Below are positions 57,205-64,000 of a stretch of 64,000 nt of DNA, one piece after another (positions within the stretch are counted from its first letter, which is position 1; each line of letters opens with the position of its first letter). The stretch spans positions 332,382,001 through 332,446,000 of the forward strand of contig OZ024742.1 of the NCBI GenBank assembly GCA_964016885.1. Direction: 5' to 3'. The translations under genes were made by a program, and so were the position numbers. Under the pieces are notes generated by a model. That model did no database searches and was not told the DNA's origin. It saw only the letters and a list, made by a program, of their open reading frames with translations. The stretch comes from Eledone cirrhosa. Its lineage: Eukaryota.

Positions 57205-57652
57205 CAAGTAATATCATAAGTAGTAGTAGTAATAATAGTAGTAGTATTAGTAGTAGTAGTAGTAGTAGTAGTAGTAATAGTAGTAGTAGTCGTGGTGGTG
57301 GAGGTGGTAATGGTGGTAGTAGTAGTAGTAGTAGCAGCAGCAGCAGTAGCAGCTCCTGATTATATAATAATGGAGATGATGATGTTGCTGATATTAACAA
57401 CATTAACAACGACGACCACAACAACAATAACAGCAGTAGCAACAACCTGAATATAGGAAGCTGTGAAAGTAGATACACGATGTTTTTCTTTTTATATACA
57501 CTTACTTTTACTATATATGCATTTTTCTTTCATTCTTTCTCTCAGACAGAATCTCAATGCTTCCATATTACGTACATTTTCACACTCTCCATTCTTCTTC
57601 TCCATCATTCCATCTCAACTTTCCGTTGTTTACCTATTATAAACTATATACT

Positions 57653-58439
<787 letters not shown>

Positions 58440-58648
58440 CCATCTATCGATCTAGCTTGGCATCTACCTCTCCATCTACACAGACCTGTCTCAGTCTCAA
58501 TGTTATTCTCCTAACAGAATAGCGCTGATGGCTTTCATTAGCCGTTGAAAACTTCAAAGGCTCTCCTCTCCTGCACCTGTCTATATATGTGTGCTTGTAA
58601 TCTGAAGTATATCAAATAAGAAAATTCTTGAAGAAAATAAAAGTAAGA

Positions 58649-58705
<57 letters not shown>

Positions 58706-58707
58706 CT

Positions 58708-58752
<45 letters not shown>

Positions 58753-58833
58753 GCGCGTGTGCGTGCATATATATATTTGTTTATTTGTGTGTAGATACAT
58801 ATATATATTTGTGTGTATATATATACACACACG

Positions 58834-58907
<74 letters not shown>

Positions 58908-58911
58908 TATA

Positions 58912-59006
<95 letters not shown>

Positions 59007-59212
59007 GTTTATGTATACATATATACGTGTGAGTGTGTGTTTGAGTACATGAACGTGTTTGCGTAGTGTGTGCATGTATCTCATGAAATAGATAGTCATC
59101 AGTAGGAAAAAAAAGTTTGATGAATCAATCAAAGGAATATGGAGGAAACCTTTATTGATAAATACGTACATATGCGAAGATATATATATATACATATATA
59201 TAATAAATATGC

Positions 59213-59315
<103 letters not shown>

Positions 59316-61220
59316 TATATACATATATATATATATATACACTCATCAAATTGTATCCCAATACACATATCAGAATGTTATGGAATGAGTGAGAGCTCTC
59401 AACACTGAAAAAAAAGCTCCTATTTCAAATGTTTAAATTTCCAAGACATACTTTAGAAAACAGATTCACAAAAGAATATTAAAGACAGTCTCTGAATATC
59501 TGTGCGCGTGCGCGTCTGTATAGTATGTTTGTGTCTTGTAGTATGTTTACGTATGTGGATGAGGAAATGAAAGAATTCTAAAACAATATCTTGTAGAAAA
59601 ATATGTTTGAATGTTACATTTATCTGAGTTTATTTTTCTTATGATGCAGCTTGATGTACTTATTTATTCTTAATACTTTACTAGTTGAATATATATTGCA
59701 GCTTGTCTGAGACTATCTGTTGGCTGTATTTATCTTTCAAAATATAACCGTGAAAGGAGAGCAGGCCCGACGAGGGAGTGAATGTATGTGGACCCATTGG
59801 TATTTTTTTACAATATTAATTAAATGTACTCATTACAAATTCTTGATAGCTCTTCTATTATTTGTAGGTACATCATATATCTACATACACACACAATGCT
59901 TAATACATCTATATCATATTTATTTAACATTGGTATCCATAAAACTTAATGATCAATTTGAAATCAGGACGAGATTTCACATCTGTTTCTGATCTATAAC
60001 CACCTTTGTATGGTTTTGCTTGTATGTCATGTATCAAATTTTGTGAGATAGTTTTACACATGGTCAAAGAGAGTGTTACAATTAAAGCCAACTATACATT
60101 CGCCTAGTATACAGACCTAGGTGACGCACATTGCTGAACATAAAAGTGTCACAGTGTTATTTAAATGTATATAGTTAAATTAATTATATAATTATATCTT
60201 CTGATTAGTAAATAAATCACTGTATTTCTTTGTGACGTAGCAGCATCATGACAATATCAAAAGCAGAGGAAAAGTTTATATAATTTTATGACCTGCAAGA
60301 TGATTTAACGGGAGTGGGGTGTGGATAGCGCAGTATTAATAATTTTCTTAGTTTAGTCAGAGCAAGAATAATCTCCTTATATAATAACGTAAACGTTTAT
60401 ATTTTCTCTATAATTCGCATATGAGGTCACATATCATATGCGGAGGTACTTCTCTATTCTTATTGGGTTTATAGAGAATCAACGTACAATAATGGATCCT
60501 TCGTTGGTGTCGAGAACGACCATTTAGTGTCTTACACATGAATTAATGTATGCGTGATCGGCTATTTCAGAGGCACATGTACATTTAAGTGAGTTCTAAA
60601 GCAGAATCAGTGTGGCACAATATGAGCTACGACTCAGCCTTTGTGTGACAATACATATGACGGGTTTTCACATAATGTCTTTCTACTCAAGTGTACCCGA
60701 CCACAAGGCTTCGGACGATCGGAGGATATGAAAAAGTCATTCGCGCAGTAGGTTCGTACCCGAGACCTCATTATTGCGACCGGGGTAAATTGTTGAGATT
60801 TATTTATTTAAACATTTTCATTTCGTAAGTTGTCTGATGCTAGCGTAAACACTCACCTATCAATGTTCTATGCTCTCTCTGATTGATAATGCCAATGTTA
60901 AATGTGGGGTTATTATAGTTTAATGTTTAATTTGTTTCGTTAAGGGTTAGTAGTCAGTGAGAAAACCCGAAGTAGGGGAAGAACCTTAAAGAAATGTGGC
61001 TCTATGAAAGAAAAGAAGAAAACGAAATGAGATTTTAGTTTTAATGTTATATGAACGAAGGTGGCATGTAAGCGGATAGCTATGTAGCATCGTAGTCAAG
61101 AAGTAATGACACTGTGATATATTGGCTATAACATGTCTGGCAGAACACACATTTATCTTAGATTCTTTCTACAAATGAAAATACAATATCTAAACGGTTT
61201 GTTTGTATAATTTAATGGGC

Positions 61221-61570
61221 AGTGGATTGGCAGGGTCGTTATAACATTATGGTATTTGTATTGACATTTTACGTTGTGAGTTCAAATACGGCTGGTCAAC
61301 GGTGCCTTTCAACATTCCTTCGTCAATAAAATAAAGTACTAGTTAAGATACGGGTTATTCGAATTCTTCCCGTCCAGACAAATTAAAAAAAAGGGGTCAT
61401 TTTTTACCTAAATTAGAAATCATTATTTAAAAGGCCGTGGATTAGCTGAATCGGATTTTCAAACTCTTCTTTCAAATACCGCTGATATCATATTTGACTT
61501 TCATTATTCTGCGGTCGGTGAAATAAACCACCAGTCAATTGCTGTCTTTGAGACCAAAATAGAAACCAAT
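61221..61570 (+). mobile_element. Two old OK-like SINE copies
   Basis: GTGGATTGGCAG..GAGTTCAAAT..GCCTTTCA..ATAAAATAAAGTAC. Confidence 0.6.
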
Positions 61571-62264
61571 AATCAAAGTCGCGAAAGTGACTTTAGAATC
61601 GTTACACAATTAGATAAAATCCTCCTTGTTACATCTCCAATATTTTTATTTTGATCTGCTTTGTGTAGAGGTTCTGTGAAATCGATGTAATCCATTTCTC
61701 ATTTGTGCAGTTTAAAATATGGAACGGGAGAACTGTTTGAACGTGTGACCTTATGGGACTTTGTTACGAGGTTTACCACTCCATCTTCAATTTTAGCTAG
61801 AGTCAGTTTTGCAATCCATACTTCAATTTCAATCAATTATATTTATCAGTAACTTATCCTTCGGTGACCTTGAATCAAATTCATGAATAAGTGTTAACAT
61901 TTCTTGGGTGAGGGAGAGTAACAGGGGAAATGTACTTATCAGTATTCAGTCTTTGAAGAGAATTTCCATTCAGGTTTCAGCAAGGTATACAAAAATCGAA
62001 ATACGCGTCAGAGAGAGAGAGTGAGAGAGAGATAGAGAGAGACGGAGGGAGGGAGAGTGAGAGAGAGACATATGTGCTGTTCTATTCTTTGTGTGGTGGT
62101 GGTGGTGGTGGCGGTAGTAGTGGTGGGGTTATTGACGGATTGTTATTGCTTTGGCCAATTTCTTCTACGATATCCATGTCTTGACCAATGCTTTGTGATT
62201 GTAATTTGTTAACTTTATATGTCCGTCGAGTATAGTGAGATTATATATGTATGCATATTCATAT

Positions 62265-62319
<55 letters not shown>

Positions 62320-62320
<1 letters not shown>

Positions 62321-62525
62321 AAAGGTAAACAGGAATAACAACACAATCGGTACAGTATTTGGATAGGATATATTAGGTTAACACTTGATATAGCAGGAAG
62401 AGGGTCTTAACATTTCGGACGCTAGTCCTTCATCAGAAGAAAGAATGATAAATAAGATAGATTGAAGGGGCGGGTGGGTTGTAATTGGAAAATATGTCTT
62501 TAGATAAAAATAACAGGTCCATTCA
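62320..62525 (-). mobile_element. Family P copy with HHR at 62405-62440
   Basis: Minus strand: TCTT-CTGATGA-a GGAC tagc GTCC-GAAA-TG-TT-AAGA. Confidence 0.75.
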
Positions 62526-62579
62526 TCTTGACATTTCTGAAAACTGTTGGTGCTGGCGTTTTGTGTATGATATATAGAA

Positions 62580-62757
62580 AAAGAGTCAGAGCCCCGACAG
62601 CTGAGCTCCGGCCGTTTCAACAGCTAGGTCAGACCTAGCTATCGAAACGGCCAGAGCTCAGCCGTCGGGATCCTAACTCTTTTCCTACTCTACTACCTAG
62701 TTTCGAGTACTTTGGTGCGTATGGTCCACCTGGTTACCTACCACACTTCCTTCGTTG
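62580..62757 (+). mobile_element. Divergent family D hairpin + tail
   Basis: Palindrome centred on AGCTAGGTC a GACCTAGCT; tail GAGTACTTTGGTGCG. Confidence 0.75.
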
Positions 62758-62771
62758 TATATATATATAGG

Positions 62772-62831
<60 letters not shown>

Positions 62832-62924
62832 TATATATATGTGTGTATGTCCCAAAGCAGTGAGCATTGTTACTCTCGAGTCTCACCTACACACTCACAG
62901 AATCATCAGAAAAGACTATTATAT

Positions 62925-62990
<66 letters not shown>

Positions 62991-63595
62991 CACATATGTA
63001 TGTGCGTGTATGTGTGAGTGTGTGTGTCTGTGTGGGTGACTGTGTGTGTGTGTGTGTAAGTGTATGTGCTTGCGTATGTGTGTGTAAGTGTAACAGTCAT
63101 ACATAAATCGAAATAAATCCATCTCTATTTCGTTGTTCCTTAAAAGCTCAATGGGAATTAAATAGGAAAATTATCATATTCCTGAGAATACACGTGCAAT
63201 AATATTACAGAAAGAATAACAATTATATTTTGTAATACATGGGTCTAGACAAAAGTAATCAGATCATATCAGCAGTTTCTGTGTAAAAATTCCCACTCAC
63301 AAGTCATTGGTCTATCGGAGGGTATAGAAATAGTTGACTGGGACGGGATCATAAAATACGTGGTTACATTTTAAACTACTACAGCAGACAGCCATGTTAA
63401 GGAACTCTAAAATATCGCTATACTATAACAGCAAAAGAAAGTCGTGTGAGAAACCTTATGTAAAATGTACTAATCGATAAATGGTTCCCTCTTCTCTAAG
63501 ATTTGTGATTTTCATTATTTTTTCTATTCCCTTACTCCTGCCAACCCACACACCGTTTCCTTTTCCGCATCTCGCTTTCTCTACTTCATTCTCAT

Positions 63596-63634
<39 letters not shown>

Positions 63635-63791
63635 CTCACTCTCTCTGTCTCTCTCTCCATTTCTTTCTCTCTCTCTCTCTCTCTCACTCTTTATGTATCT
63701 ATCCATGTATATGTATATATATATATATATATGTGTGTCTGTATGTGCGCGTCTGTGTGTGTGTGTGTATGTATATGCATATATGTGTGTG

Positions 63792-63827
<36 letters not shown>

Positions 63828-64000
63828 TATATATACATATATATATACATACGCACGCATACACATAAAAAACGCACGAGCTCACAAACAAACGAAAACA
63901 CACGCAGACACACTACTTGATCACACACAAATACTCACAAATACCAAAATCTCCTTCCCCTGCCCCTCTTTATCTTCCCTCTACTTTTATCCATAATTTA

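Noticed and set aside
61620-61990. Partly open minus-strand frame, possible exon or old LINE
   Set aside because: Interrupted by stops and has no motif I can identify.

Overview
An AT-rich animal (eukaryotic) region with no recognisable host gene exon. The tRNA-derived SINEs and microsatellite load suggest a coleoid cephalopod such as Octopus (inference). Most long ORFs in the track are microsatellite artefacts. The real coding content is decayed transposons: Penelope-like elements (PLEs; RT + C-terminal GIY-YIG) of a Hydra-like type (CxCx5C/CxxC/CxH motifs) and a Neptune-like type, a near full-length Tx1/L1-clade LINE, two R4/Dong-like REL fragments, a mariner remnant and many SINEs. The dominant pattern is more than a dozen distinct hammerhead-ribozyme (HHR)-bearing PLE termini or non-autonomous elements, nearly all inserted in (TA)n. 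Many are fold-back hairpins whose inverted arm stops at a fixed family-specific point, followed about 21-24 nt later by a shared GAG(T/C)RC(T/C) motif. Several families carry natural HHR core variants (U3-A8 covariation, A4, C13, unpaired 10.1/11.1). One tandem PLE carries its own (TA)n tracts, which have been colonised by many nested insertions. Family letters (A-Q) are my own labels. Coordinates were read by eye and may be off by a few nt.
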